64,000 bases of DNA, taken from positions 62,001 through 126,000 of IMG/VR virus record IMGVR_UViG_3300025012_000028, one strand, 5' to 3'. Shown here piece by piece: positions 47,708 through 57,485 of this stretch. The position numbers were made by a program, and so were the translations under genes. Within the stretch, counting starts at the first letter, position 1. Every line of letters begins with the position of its first letter. Under the pieces are notes generated by a model that was given only the letters and a program-made list of their open reading frames with translations, had not been told where the DNA came from and made no database searches.

Positions 47708-48802
47708 AACAAACCAGAAGTTGTTGAAGTCAAAGCCTACCATATTGTCTACCTCACCACAAATCCTTTTAACAATAAAATCTATGTTGGTAAACATTCA
47801 ACCAACAATCTTAACGATGGGTATAAAGGTTCTGGTAAATATTTAAATAAAGCTTTTAAGAAATATGGAAAGAAACATTTTAAATTCCAAATTCTTCATT
47901 ACTGTCTTACTTTGATGGATGCTTATGAAGTTGAGGGGTGGATTGTAGATCAAGCTTTTATTGATAGACCAGATACTTACAATGTGGTCGTTGGTGGAAG
48001 AATGACCCCAGATTGGACAGGAAAGAAACGATCTGAAGAATGTATAGCTAAACATAAAATGTATAGAGCAACAGAAGAAACAAAGAAATTAATCAGTATT
48101 GCAAATACTGGAAAAATTAAAACTCCAGAACAACTTGAATTAATGAGAACATTATCGACTGGAAGGAAAGATTCGGAAGAGACAAAACAGAAAAAGAGGT
48201 TGGCAAACTTAGGAAGGAAACATACCGAAGAAGCATTAAGAAAAATGAGAGGAAGGAAATTAACAAAAGAACACATTAATAAATTAACCGGAAGAAAACG
48301 TACAGAAGAGACATTATTAAAATTAAAATGTAGAGTTGTAAAACCAGAATCAATTTTACAAGGAGTTCAGACTAGAAGTAATTATTTCCCAAAACTTTTA
48401 TTAATTTCTCCTACTGGTGAAACTCATATAATACAATATTCCCTTCAAACTTTCTGTAGAACGCACAATCTTTCTTATACGACCATTTTTACAAATTTAA
48501 ATAAAGGACCAATTAAGTTTTATTACAATAGTAAAAGTGAAAAATATATCAATTCAATTGGGTGGGAACTAAGAGACGATTCATTTTCACAATCAAATAT
48601 AAAATTACCAAAAGAATATTTGATCATATCCCCAGATGGAAAAGAACATAAATGTAATTATATTTCTTCATTTTGTCGGCAACATAATCTATCCAACCAT
48701 ATTTTATCGAGACATATAGACAAGGGAATTATATCATGTAGAAACGGGAAATCTAAAGAGTATATGAACAATAAAGGTTGGGAGATACGAAGTATAAAAT
48801 AA
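47705..48802 (+). mobile_element. GIY-YIG homing endonuclease with NUMOD3-like repeats
   Basis: IVYLTTN...IYVGKH...YKGSG; repeated G(R/K)K.(S/T)EE; start at MNKP after AAGGGG RBS. Confidence 0.92.
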
Positions 48803-48832
48803 GCAGTTCTATATTTTAGAACTGCTTATTTT
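48796..48832. terminator. Bidirectional intrinsic terminator
   Basis: AAAATAAGCAGTTCTA...TAGAACTGCTTATTTT. Confidence 0.85.
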
Positions 48833-49098
48833 TAGTGTTTTTTGAATCTAACGCCCCGTCTTTGTACAATTTTATGAAGCTTGCCATCAGCGCCATAACT
48901 GAAACCCTTACGTCTTGGCTTGTTCTTAATTTTCATTTTATATTTTTTAGAGCGTCTCTTCAGTTTGGATTTATTTTTCATTCTATAACGCTTTGCTAAT
49001 AATTTCTTTTTTTGTGTGAGATGGCGCACCTTTATTATTTTCTCTTCTATCACTTCATCACATAAAACTTCATTTAGAATACTTTCTAATATACTCAT
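48832..49098 (-). CDS. Lys/Arg-rich putative prohead core protein (gp68-like character)
   Basis: MSILESILNE leader; highly basic body. Confidence 0.55.
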   Translation of the reverse strand: MSILESILNEVLCDEVIEEKIIKVRHLTQKKKLLAKRYRMKNKSKLKRRSKKYKMKIKNKPRRKGFSYGADGKLHKIVQRRGVRFKKH

Positions 49099-49592
49099 TT
49101 CGAAAATGCTCCACCCGCCTCTTCTGGAAGTTTGTCTTCTTCGAATGCAGTTTCATCTTCTTTGGTAGGGGGTTCCTCGTAATATTCTTCATCCGGTTCT
49201 TCCCCAATTTCTGTTTCGATTTCGAAGTAATCGGAAAGAATTTTAATAATCTCCAAGCAGGTAGCATCATCAAACTTATCCGCATACTTGGCAAGAATCT
49301 CAGTAGAAATATCCACACTTTCATCTTCATCGGCAACCTCACCATCAACCAATGCTTCATTTTCCATGATATCCAGAATATTGAAACAGATGTCGCGCAA
49401 CTGTGATTGTGGGGTATCTTCATCTTCTACAACCGTTTCTTCCGGTTCCTCAGTAGGTTCGGTGGGTTCTTCAATAACCTCTTCCTCTTTAGGTTCTTCA
49501 GTAGGAGCGGGTTCTTCTTCAGACGAAAATGCACCTTTCTTTTCTTCGGTTTCCTCAACTGCCTCTTTTAAAATACTATCAAATATATTCAT
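49095..49592 (-). CDS. Highly acidic putative prohead core protein
   Basis: MNIFDSILKE|A; Glu/Asp-rich. Confidence 0.55.
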   Translation of the reverse strand: MNIFDSILKEAVEETEEKKGAFSSEEEPAPTEEPKEEEVIEEPTEPTEEPEETVVEDEDTPQSQLRDICFNILDIMENEALVDGEVADEDESVDISTEILAKYADKFDDATCLEIIKILSDYFEIETEIGEEPDEEYYEEPPTKEDETAFEEDKLPEEAGGAFSK

Positions 49593-49595
49593 TGA

Positions 49596-50162
49596 TCAAT
49601 CCTTTTTAGTTAAAGTATAATTATAGCGCCCATTGTCGCCTTTTACATAAGCCCATTCGATCATAGAGAATTTTTTTAACTCATTATAAACTCTCTTCTG
49701 AATCGAATCAAATTGATTTATAGCTTTATTTATATCTGATTTATTTCTAACCTTTGTACCCAGAACTTCATAACTCCCATAGTTCAATTCATTTTTAGTG
49801 TCGTTGGATATCAAAGCTTCCGGTTTGATATTATCATCTCCATCAACCAATATACTAGAAATGTGGTTGTTGATTTTATAATTCACCTTGGCTTTAGCCA
49901 GCGCAGCAGCAACCTCATTTATTTCAGATTGGGAAACACCAACAAAAGAAAGTGTGATTTTTATACTTCCTCGCAACGAAATTGACTTGTAGGAGTAACC
50001 ATGTCTAGAAGGTTCCACATATCCATCCGACGACTTTTTCTCCTTATAAGAGGCAAGAGAGGACTTCCTGAGAACAGATCGGATTGCCTTTATCAAATCC
50101 TCTTCCGTGTCAAACGATTTCTCGTTGAGTGCTTCCGATAGAATTTTATTTAAAATTTTCAT
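49596..50162 (-). CDS. Putative internal head protein
   Basis: MKILNKILSE|ALNE leader. Confidence 0.55.
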   Translation of the reverse strand: MKILNKILSEALNEKSFDTEEDLIKAIRSVLRKSSLASYKEKKSSDGYVEPSRHGYSYKSISLRGSIKITLSFVGVSQSEINEVAAALAKAKVNYKINNHISSILVDGDDNIKPEALISNDTKNELNYGSYEVLGTKVRNKSDINKAINQFDSIQKRVYNELKKFSMIEWAYVKGDNGRYNYTLTKKD

Positions 50163-50170
50163 GATGATCC

Positions 50171-52303
50171 TTATGACAAGTAGCAACTAAAATTAAAAGT
50201 TTCCGTTCCTTCGATCTTTGAGAAATAAAGTATAATTACACTATTCATGATCGTTCTTCCATCCGTGGTTATGATATCCAAATCCACATCACCATTATCG
50301 GAAGGGAGAACATAATTCTCATTGGCTAGAGATAAATCATATTTATTTAGAATGTTTTTAATTTCATCCAACGGCAACTGAGGAAGTGGTTGAGCTATGA
50401 TTTGTTTCAGTTCCTCGTTGGCATTGACTCTATCAAATGAAAGAAGTCTAGCAGTTTTCTTTTCGGGACGCTCGACCAGATTGTTTGAATCCAATTCGGG
50501 TTCTGGTTCCTCTTCTGGAATTAATTCTTCGGGTTCCACATCAACAGGTTCTTCTAATGATTCATCTTCCATTGGTGGTTCTTCACTGAAAGCACCTTCT
50601 AACATTATATTAAAAACATTAACATTTGATATTTCTTTACTATTTTCAATAAGATTTATATTTTTCCAAGCTTTGAAATTATCCCATTCTGGAAGAATAC
50701 CAGCACATATCATAGCAAGTTTATTTCCATATGCTCTTGCTTGATCTGAATAATCAAATGCAGTATTGGAAGTATATATAATTAATTGTGAATCTTTCCA
50801 CACTTTACAATCATACATCCCCCCGTCAACTTTAAAAACAGATACTTTAAATCCTTTGGGACATTTTACTTTTATATCTTGTTTATGGTCTTCTGTCTCA
50901 CATAAAGCACCTTCCAAAAGTTTCCCAAATAAATTCTTACTCTCAAATTTAAATTTGAGTTGTTCTGATTCATTATCTTTCATGTAGGTCAAAGAATCAG
51001 GAAGAGGATGAACAAATTTAAAATCGTGTGGGAAAGATTCTAAAAAGAATTCAATGTATGCAAACAAATCTGAATTATCTTCTTTAAAAGCTTCTAAATC
51101 TTCTTTAGTCCAATTGGAAAAAGCAGTATGATAGTCTTCGGTGTGTTGAAAAGATTGTTCATCTGGTTCTGAATCCGATTCCATCTCAATCCAATACATC
51201 CATTTGTCCTGCAATTGATCATAAAAATCATACACCGATTCCTTGGCTTCTTTTTCATGCCAAGCTTTATCTTCATCTTCAGTCGGCCACCAAGGATCTA
51301 AAAACATATCAACAAAACTTGGCATTCTATCGTCGGCCCAATTATCGTGGTGGTGGTATTTATGATTACGGGTGAAACTATATTTAAAAATATCAAACCC
51401 TTCTTTAATCACGCGATCCCAATGATTGATTTGCCATTCTTCTTCAATATTATAATCCTCATATTCATCCTCATCTCTGGGACGATTCAGATAATCATCT
51501 TCATTCTCCCAATTCTCATCCAACATTCTATGTGCTGCTGCTTCTTCATCAAAGATAAACTTTAGCGGAGTTCTTTCTTTTATCTTTCCATAATTTTTGG
51601 TGAAGTTAGGCAAATCTTCGATGATACTATATGGTTTGTTGTCGCTGCGATCATTATAATCCCTACTTTCTTGGATTTCGCCATTCTTAATATAAATCTG
51701 GTATTTTTCGAATGGATCATCCACATTGATGAACTGAAGAAGATCACCACTTCTGCTATATGCTCTCCAATGTGAATCGGTGTTTAGATATGCAGTACAC
51801 CAGTTTGCTTGCGGATTGGTCTTATATTGAGCACCTTTAATATTCCCTTCTTGTGTTAGGGTTTCAATACAAATCCATTCATCGGTAACATCAATGACTG
51901 TGATATCATCTGGCATATTGAAGATATCTTTTTCTTTTTTCTTCTTCTGCCTGTTGGATTCAGTTTCTTCTAATGTATCAACATAAGCAAAGAACTCTCT
52001 CCAAGTTTTGAATGAAGTGAAAGAGACACCTTTAGATAGGCGATGGAATTTTTCAAGATCATCTTTGATAGTTTCATGTTCAGCGACATGATGAAGGTCT
52101 AATTCTTTATCTCTCTTTATGAGATTGATAATACCTTCAAGATATTTACCACGCTGACCATTCTTTGAGGTAGGGTCTTGTGCTGCTAGATCATTGAATA
52201 CATCGAGAGGGATAAGTTTATGATCGACATATGAATCATAAAATTTTTGTAATGAAATCTCGATTAAAAATTGTTCTTCTAATATTTTGTGTAAAATTGA
52301 CAT
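50171..52303 (-). CDS. Large putative internal head polyprotein with WCT domain
   Basis: MSILHKILEEQFLIE; DPT....GKY; NWCTA; internal LLE|G, LIE|N, MLE|G; late promoter 52327-52334. Confidence 0.6.
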   Translation of the reverse strand: MSILHKILEEQFLIEISLQKFYDSYVDHKLIPLDVFNDLAAQDPTSKNGQRGKYLEGIINLIKRDKELDLHHVAEHETIKDDLEKFHRLSKGVSFTSFKTWREFFAYVDTLEETESNRQKKKKEKDIFNMPDDITVIDVTDEWICIETLTQEGNIKGAQYKTNPQANWCTAYLNTDSHWRAYSRSGDLLQFINVDDPFEKYQIYIKNGEIQESRDYNDRSDNKPYSIIEDLPNFTKNYGKIKERTPLKFIFDEEAAAHRMLDENWENEDDYLNRPRDEDEYEDYNIEEEWQINHWDRVIKEGFDIFKYSFTRNHKYHHHDNWADDRMPSFVDMFLDPWWPTEDEDKAWHEKEAKESVYDFYDQLQDKWMYWIEMESDSEPDEQSFQHTEDYHTAFSNWTKEDLEAFKEDNSDLFAYIEFFLESFPHDFKFVHPLPDSLTYMKDNESEQLKFKFESKNLFGKLLEGALCETEDHKQDIKVKCPKGFKVSVFKVDGGMYDCKVWKDSQLIIYTSNTAFDYSDQARAYGNKLAMICAGILPEWDNFKAWKNINLIENSKEISNVNVFNIMLEGAFSEEPPMEDESLEEPVDVEPEELIPEEEPEPELDSNNLVERPEKKTARLLSFDRVNANEELKQIIAQPLPQLPLDEIKNILNKYDLSLANENYVLPSDNGDVDLDIITTDGRTIMNSVIILYFSKIEGTETFNFSCYLS

Positions 52304-52330
52304 ATTTTACCTCTATTATTTTTCTTTATT

Positions 52331-52436
52331 TATAAATAAAAGAAACGGATAAGTTCATTGCCTCGGAAACAATGAACAACAGGAAGGGGAAACCCGCTGT
52401 CTCCGTTCACTTCTATTTATACAAGGGGAAGTCATG
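52331..52436. ncRNA. Structured endonuclease leader, copy 2 (putative cis-RNA)
   Basis: Near-identical to 47602-47707 except the P2 hairpin interior and bases around the RBS. Confidence 0.6.
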
Positions 52437-53504
52437 TCAAAACAAAAACTCACAAATGAAATTGTAGATTTTAGATTGAAAAATAGGAATATAATTAGGC
52501 TTGATGATTATATTAATGCCAGAACTAAAATTAGATTCCAATGTACCATTGACGGTTATATTTGGAATGCAAAATCTGATAGCATATTTCAGGGAAACGG
52601 ATGCCCCGAATGTGCGGGTCTAGCCAAGCTAAACAACAAAATTATAGATGATCGATTAATTAAAAGAAATATTCTTAGAAAGGGAGAATATATAAATAAC
52701 AAAACCATAATTCCATTTCAATGTTTGATTGATGATTATATATGGGATGCTAGTCCAGATTACATTCTTAATGGTAATGGGCGTTGTCCAAAGTGTTCGG
52801 GTAATATTCCAGTAACTAATGATTCTTTGGATGTAAAATTAGAAGGAAGAAATATAAAAAGACTTGGAGATGTAAATGGTCTGACGACTAAAATTTCATT
52901 TCAGTGTTTGATTGATAATCACATTTGGGATACATTACCATCCATTATTTTAGCAGGACATGGATGTTTGGTGTGTTCGGGCAAAAAACCAATTTCAAAC
53001 GAACTTATAGATTTGAGATTAGAAGGAAGAAATATAAGAAGACTTGATGATGTTATTAATGACATCACAAAAATACAGTTTCAATGTACCACAAAAACTT
53101 GTAATCATATTTGGTTCACTACCCCTAATAAAATTACAAGTGGTGCTGGATGCCCGATGTGTAAGAAGAAAAATGAGAAAAGAATTTTAGAATATCTTAT
53201 CGAAAAATATGAGCATGAAAATATAGAACCACAATTTTATATTTTTGCTAATGATAGAAAATATTATATCGATTTTGAAATTAATGGAATTTTAATTGAG
53301 TATCATGGCAAACAGCATTACGAGCCAGTGCGCTTTGGTGGACGTAGTGAAGAGAAAACAAAAGAAGCATTCATCAAACAAGTTAAACGCGACTACGAAG
53401 TTAGAGAATATTGTAGAGAGCACAATATAAGACTGATTGAAATCCCATATTGGCTCTCCCACAAAGAACAATATAAGTTATTGGAAGAATTATTTATAAT
53501 TTAA
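52434..53504 (+). mobile_element. Endonuclease with four Zn-ribbon repeats and C-terminal PD-(D/E)XK/Vsr-like domain (Hef-like)
   Basis: 4x FQC...W.......G..CxxC; IDF...IEYHGKQHY...D...LIEIPY. Confidence 0.85.
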
Positions 53505-53528
53505 TAATCTCACTCATCCACATAAACT

Positions 53529-53702
53529 TTAAACCTCACACCAATCCACATAATTGGTCGAACCATCCACCTTAATACCGGTAAGTTTCTCAACCTCATT
53601 GGCTAGATAATATTCACCCGGAACTTCAATCACCAATATAGGCGATAACATTATCTTTGTGTGTTTCACGCAAACACATACGAGATAGGTTTTGATCATC
53701 AT
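53529..53702 (-). CDS. Small hypothetical protein (57 aa)
   Basis: AGGAGG RBS; hand translated. Confidence 0.5.
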   Translation of the reverse strand: MMIKTYLVCVCVKHTKIMLSPILVIEVPGEYYLANEVEKLTGIKVDGSTNYVDWCEV

Positions 53703-53710
53703 AAACCTCC

Positions 53711-53896
53711 TTAGCGGATTATCCTACCATTCTTGGTGATAAGGAAAGATCTGTCGTTGGGAAATCTTACTGAAATATTTTTCTCATTACATCCCATAGG
53801 TGCGGGAATGTGAACAATTTTCACGGTTTCAATCTCAATTTTGAAGTTTTTAGCCAACCCCGCAATCACTCGTTCTTGGCTCTTTGTAATATTCAT
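53711..53896 (-). CDS. Small early hypothetical protein
   Basis: AGGAGG RBS; promoter TTGACT(53956)-17 bp-TATATT(53933). Confidence 0.6.
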   Translation of the reverse strand: MNITKSQERVIAGLAKNFKIEIETVKIVHIPAPMGCNEKNISVRFPNDRSFLITKNGRIIR

Positions 53897-53965
53897 AACT
53901 AAATCCTCCTTGGTTGGAATATAAAATAATATACCACCGAGGAGGATTAAAGTCAAGAGTTTAAT

Positions 53966-56479
53966 TTAAAAGAATTCGGATAGGTCAACTCTGGTTTCCG
54001 TATCATACCCGATGGTAGAGAAAATCTTTTCTAACGGTGCCATGAAAGTTTTCTGGAACATAACCGGATAATCTATTTCAAATTTAGGTAGCAACTCTTT
54101 GGGCATTTTCTCTAGACACCCAACAATATCACTTTGAATATAGTTCGGTTTCTTGATATAAGCGAACTTAATCTTATCACCATTTTCAATAACCGGATAC
54201 TTCTTTTCCAATTTAAAATCTTTCAGTGCCTTATTGTAGATCAGTGCAGCACGGACCTGAATGGGAATTCCTTTACCCCCCAATGTATGAAGAACAGTTG
54301 ATGTTGTACCAGTTTGTTTATCTCTTCTGTTCCCATAAAGGTTGATACCCCTTGGCATACCAACTTCTTCGAAAGACATCTTATAAAACTCTTTCCTGAA
54401 CTGTTCGATAAAATCAATCAGGATTTTGTTGTCGCCGGTCTGGAAAATTAGATTTAATGTTTCCCTGATCTTTTCCCTGACAACATAAGGTGTGGAAGTT
54501 CTAACAACCTCAATCCCTTTGATTTTCATCTTGGGTTTATCCAGATACCATTTACCATCACAGTAAATCTGACTCATGCAGTATTTTTTCTTCTCGACAA
54601 AGATAACTGCATTACTCAGTCCCTCAAATTCCATTTCCAGACTGAAAGCAAACATGTTGAGGTTTTTATTAAGTTTATCAAAGAAGGTGTTGATGGTTGG
54701 TTCAATCACCTTGTCGTGATATTTAATTAAGAATTTAGCAACTGTCTCTTTGTCCGGTTCCTTTTCACCAAAACGTTTTGTCACGATACCATTAAGATTT
54801 ATGAAAATGGAATCTGTATCCTGATAATCCCATTCAATATCCTGAACATGTTTCATGAGATAAGTTGCAGCACCCCTAGCACACAACTGTCCTTGCCAAG
54901 TAATAGCTGTTGCAATACGGATATCATAATACCTGAAGTGGTGGGACGCCATTGCACCATAGATACTGTTCAGGAAGATCTTCAGGGTGTACTGAAGGTT
55001 GTCCAGAACACTCATCATGGCTTTATCAATGTTGGGATCTTTCATTAGCTTCTTGGTGGCAATACGGCGCTGGAACAACCTACTAACAATCTTCGGAATG
55101 AATCCCTGTTTCTTCTTTGAGAAGAAATGACCATTGGAAGTATAAGTGACATTATGCTTTCTTAATACTTCCGAAATCTGTTCCAGAGAATCTATATCCA
55201 GACACTTCACAACTCCGGTATAAGTTTCTCTAATTTGTTTCAGTTCATCATTTACTTCAGATTCAGACAGAACTGTTTCGGGTGACATATTTGAACCGCA
55301 GATCTGGTTAGGATAGCTGGAAATGATATCATCAACCGATACCCATTTCCTAAAACCTCTTATAGGTTCTTTGACATACCCACCTTCAAAATCCTCTTTA
55401 TGAGATGTTTTGTTGGGAGGACAGAGAATATTTTCCTTGAGCAATTCACAGTAAATAAGCGAATCCCAAGGTTTGGTTGTACCAAAAATATTCTGAGGTT
55501 CACACTTCGCCATGTAAAAGTACATAATGGCGTTGTCGATATACTTTAATTTTTCATCCAGAAGATAGATAAGCTGACAGTCACGAATGTTATATTCCAT
55601 AAACAACTGAAAGTTTTTGTTGTACAAACCTTCTAGAGTATCATATTCTTCTTTATAAGAAGTTTTTTCTTCTCCCAATTCAAATTGAGAAATGAAGTTA
55701 AGGGAATAAGATTCGCGCAAATCTTTGGTGAATTTTTTATATAGAGTCTGGTAATCCCAAGATATGATACCTTCAATGCGGTAAACAGTTTGCATCTTCT
55801 TGTTTACCATCTTTTCGGAACGGACAATTTTCTTTATTGGAGAAAGTTTATTTGCTTCATCTTCCCCCAGAATCTTTTTAATTCGGTTGTAGGTATACCC
55901 AACATCATAACCATCAATGTTCCATCCGGTTATAATATCGATATCCTGTCTGACAAAGAAATCAACAATACTTCTTAATAAATGTGTCTCGTCTTTACAT
56001 TTGAAGTATCTAATATTATCGGCAAAGGGAGTGAAACCTTCCGCATAGGCGAACACATAAAATATGTTAGTATTCATATTTTGGAATGTGATAGAGCGGA
56101 TTGGTTCGGGGGTTTCTTCGGTATCCAAGCTGAACGCTTCTATATCAAAATCATAAATGTTAAATTTAGATTTTCTTACTTCAATTTCATCTGGGTAATT
56201 TTCTCCAATGAACGCAATGGGATATTGAATGTCACCATAGATATCCAACAAGCCACTGTTCTCTTTCTTCCACTTGCTTGCTTCAGACATGTTGGGGAAC
56301 TGAAGTACCTTTAAATTGTTCCCTGCTAGGTCTTTCCAGCCAGTTTCTTCTTTGACCATATACCCAAGGGTGGGTTCATAGTTTGTTGCCTCAAAATGGC
56401 GGGTTCCGTCCGGTGAAATGTATTTGTGGTAGATTTTGTTTTGGTGGTAATAGGCATTGATCAAACTGTTTCCCGACAT
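53966..56479 (-). CDS. gp43: Family B DNA polymerase (gp43-like)
   Basis: FDIE, GWN...YD, YNIRD exo motifs; DIISSYP, KIFLNSIYG, YQDTDS, KKKY, KGIE..R.STP. Confidence 0.97.
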   Translation of the reverse strand: MSGNSLINAYYHQNKIYHKYISPDGTRHFEATNYEPTLGYMVKEETGWKDLAGNNLKVLQFPNMSEASKWKKENSGLLDIYGDIQYPIAFIGENYPDEIEVRKSKFNIYDFDIEAFSLDTEETPEPIRSITFQNMNTNIFYVFAYAEGFTPFADNIRYFKCKDETHLLRSIVDFFVRQDIDIITGWNIDGYDVGYTYNRIKKILGEDEANKLSPIKKIVRSEKMVNKKMQTVYRIEGIISWDYQTLYKKFTKDLRESYSLNFISQFELGEEKTSYKEEYDTLEGLYNKNFQLFMEYNIRDCQLIYLLDEKLKYIDNAIMYFYMAKCEPQNIFGTTKPWDSLIYCELLKENILCPPNKTSHKEDFEGGYVKEPIRGFRKWVSVDDIISSYPNQICGSNMSPETVLSESEVNDELKQIRETYTGVVKCLDIDSLEQISEVLRKHNVTYTSNGHFFSKKKQGFIPKIVSRLFQRRIATKKLMKDPNIDKAMMSVLDNLQYTLKIFLNSIYGAMASHHFRYYDIRIATAITWQGQLCARGAATYLMKHVQDIEWDYQDTDSIFINLNGIVTKRFGEKEPDKETVAKFLIKYHDKVIEPTINTFFDKLNKNLNMFAFSLEMEFEGLSNAVIFVEKKKYCMSQIYCDGKWYLDKPKMKIKGIEVVRTSTPYVVREKIRETLNLIFQTGDNKILIDFIEQFRKEFYKMSFEEVGMPRGINLYGNRRDKQTGTTSTVLHTLGGKGIPIQVRAALIYNKALKDFKLEKKYPVIENGDKIKFAYIKKPNYIQSDIVGCLEKMPKELLPKFEIDYPVMFQKTFMAPLEKIFSTIGYDTETRVDLSEFF

Positions 56480-56488
56480 TAACGCTCC

Positions 56489-56674
56489 TTATCTTTCGTA
56501 CCAGCTTTGAATTCTCACAGCACTTATATTTACACGGCGATCATCGAAGTCTTTTCCATCCCATTCTAGGTTATTTTCCATAGCGTTAACCCAACAATAA
56601 AAATCATAATCTTCATCTTCTGGTATGATATACCAATGACCATCATTGTCCGAAATAATTCTTTGTGATTTCAA
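56489..56674 (-). CDS. Small hypothetical protein (DNDGHWY)
   Basis: AAGGAG RBS; TTG start. Confidence 0.6.
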   Translation of the reverse strand: MKSQRIISDNDGHWYIIPEDEDYDFYCWVNAMENNLEWDGKDFDDRRVNISAVRIQSWYER

Positions 56675-56692
56675 AAAATATTCTCCTTAAAT

Positions 56693-56725
56693 AAAAAATG
56701 GCTACTCGATTTCAGTAGCCATTTT
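56693..56725 (-). terminator. Intrinsic terminator
   Basis: AAAATGGCTACT...AGTAGCCATTTT. Confidence 0.75.
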
Positions 56726-56749
56726 CTCATGGTTATTCAGTTTTGTCTA

Positions 56750-56941
56750 TTATTTTTCTCGGAGGGTTTCCTTGAAAGAGTCGATCAGTTTCCTGCGACT
56801 ATCAGATACATTTTCTATTATCTCCCAACAAAGTGGACACAACCAAAGCCTATAACGGGCCAACCACAAAACTGTGCTTTCTTTCTCACATTCATCACAA
56901 ATACATGCATGTGGGCGACTTAAATTGCGTGGTGTACGCAT
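56750..56941 (-). CDS. Small Zn-finger protein
   Basis: CDEC...CPLC. Confidence 0.6.
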   Translation of the reverse strand: MRTPRNLSRPHACICDECEKESTVLWLARYRLWLCPLCWEIIENVSDSRRKLIDSFKETLREK

Positions 56942-56952
56942 AAATTATCCTT

Positions 56953-57393
56953 TTATTTCCTGAGTTCCATCACCCGTTTTTCCAACCACGAAACATATGA
57001 TTCACCGGCTACTCGACTGGTGGTATATTCTTCATACAGTTCATTTTTAGTTTCCGAGTCGATTGAGAAGTAATGAATAACTTCATCATTCCAATCAAAC
57101 CAGACATCTTCCTTTTTATTTTTGGGATAACAATTTGTTTCGTACACCTTCAGGCAAGGCTCACCATTTTTATCGTAGTAGTTTGGCTGATAGAACTCCA
57201 TGTTGTAATCTTCATATTTAGAAAAGTCACACGTCAAACAGATACAATCATGGTCAGTGTGGTTTTTATTGAGAGAAATGGTTGCTCGACAACCTTCATC
57301 GAACATTGTTTCCAGATTTTCAATCCTCTTTTTGAACGTCACTTCAAAGGTGTTGCATTTATCAAAATCCTTCAGTAGCTCTCTGAAATTCAT
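56953..57393 (-). CDS. Early hypothetical protein
   Basis: AGGAGG RBS; promoter TTGACA(57456)-16 bp-TATTAT(57434). Confidence 0.65.
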   Translation of the reverse strand: MNFRELLKDFDKCNTFEVTFKKRIENLETMFDEGCRATISLNKNHTDHDCICLTCDFSKYEDYNMEFYQPNYYDKNGEPCLKVYETNCYPKNKKEDVWFDWNDEVIHYFSIDSETKNELYEEYTTSRVAGESYVSWLEKRVMELRK

Positions 57394-57457
57394 AAATCCT
57401 CCTTGAGAAATTAATTTAAGATAGAAACATAATACCAGTTTAAATTAATTTGTCAAT

Positions 57458-57483
57458 AAAAAAGACACCTTCGGGTGTCTTTT
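57458..57483 (-). terminator. Intrinsic terminator
   Basis: AAAGACACC-TTCG-GGTGTCTTT. Confidence 0.85.
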
Positions 57484-57485
57484 CT

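Noticed and set aside
47602-52436. Endonuclease leader as hammerhead ribozyme, tRNA, CRISPR repeat or group I intron
   Set aside because: No CUGANGA core, no cloverleaf with TTC/CCA, only two copies 4.7 kb apart, and no interrupted host gene or intron core seen.
18434-56479. Inteins or introns in terminase or polymerase
   Set aside because: Normal lengths and continuous motifs.
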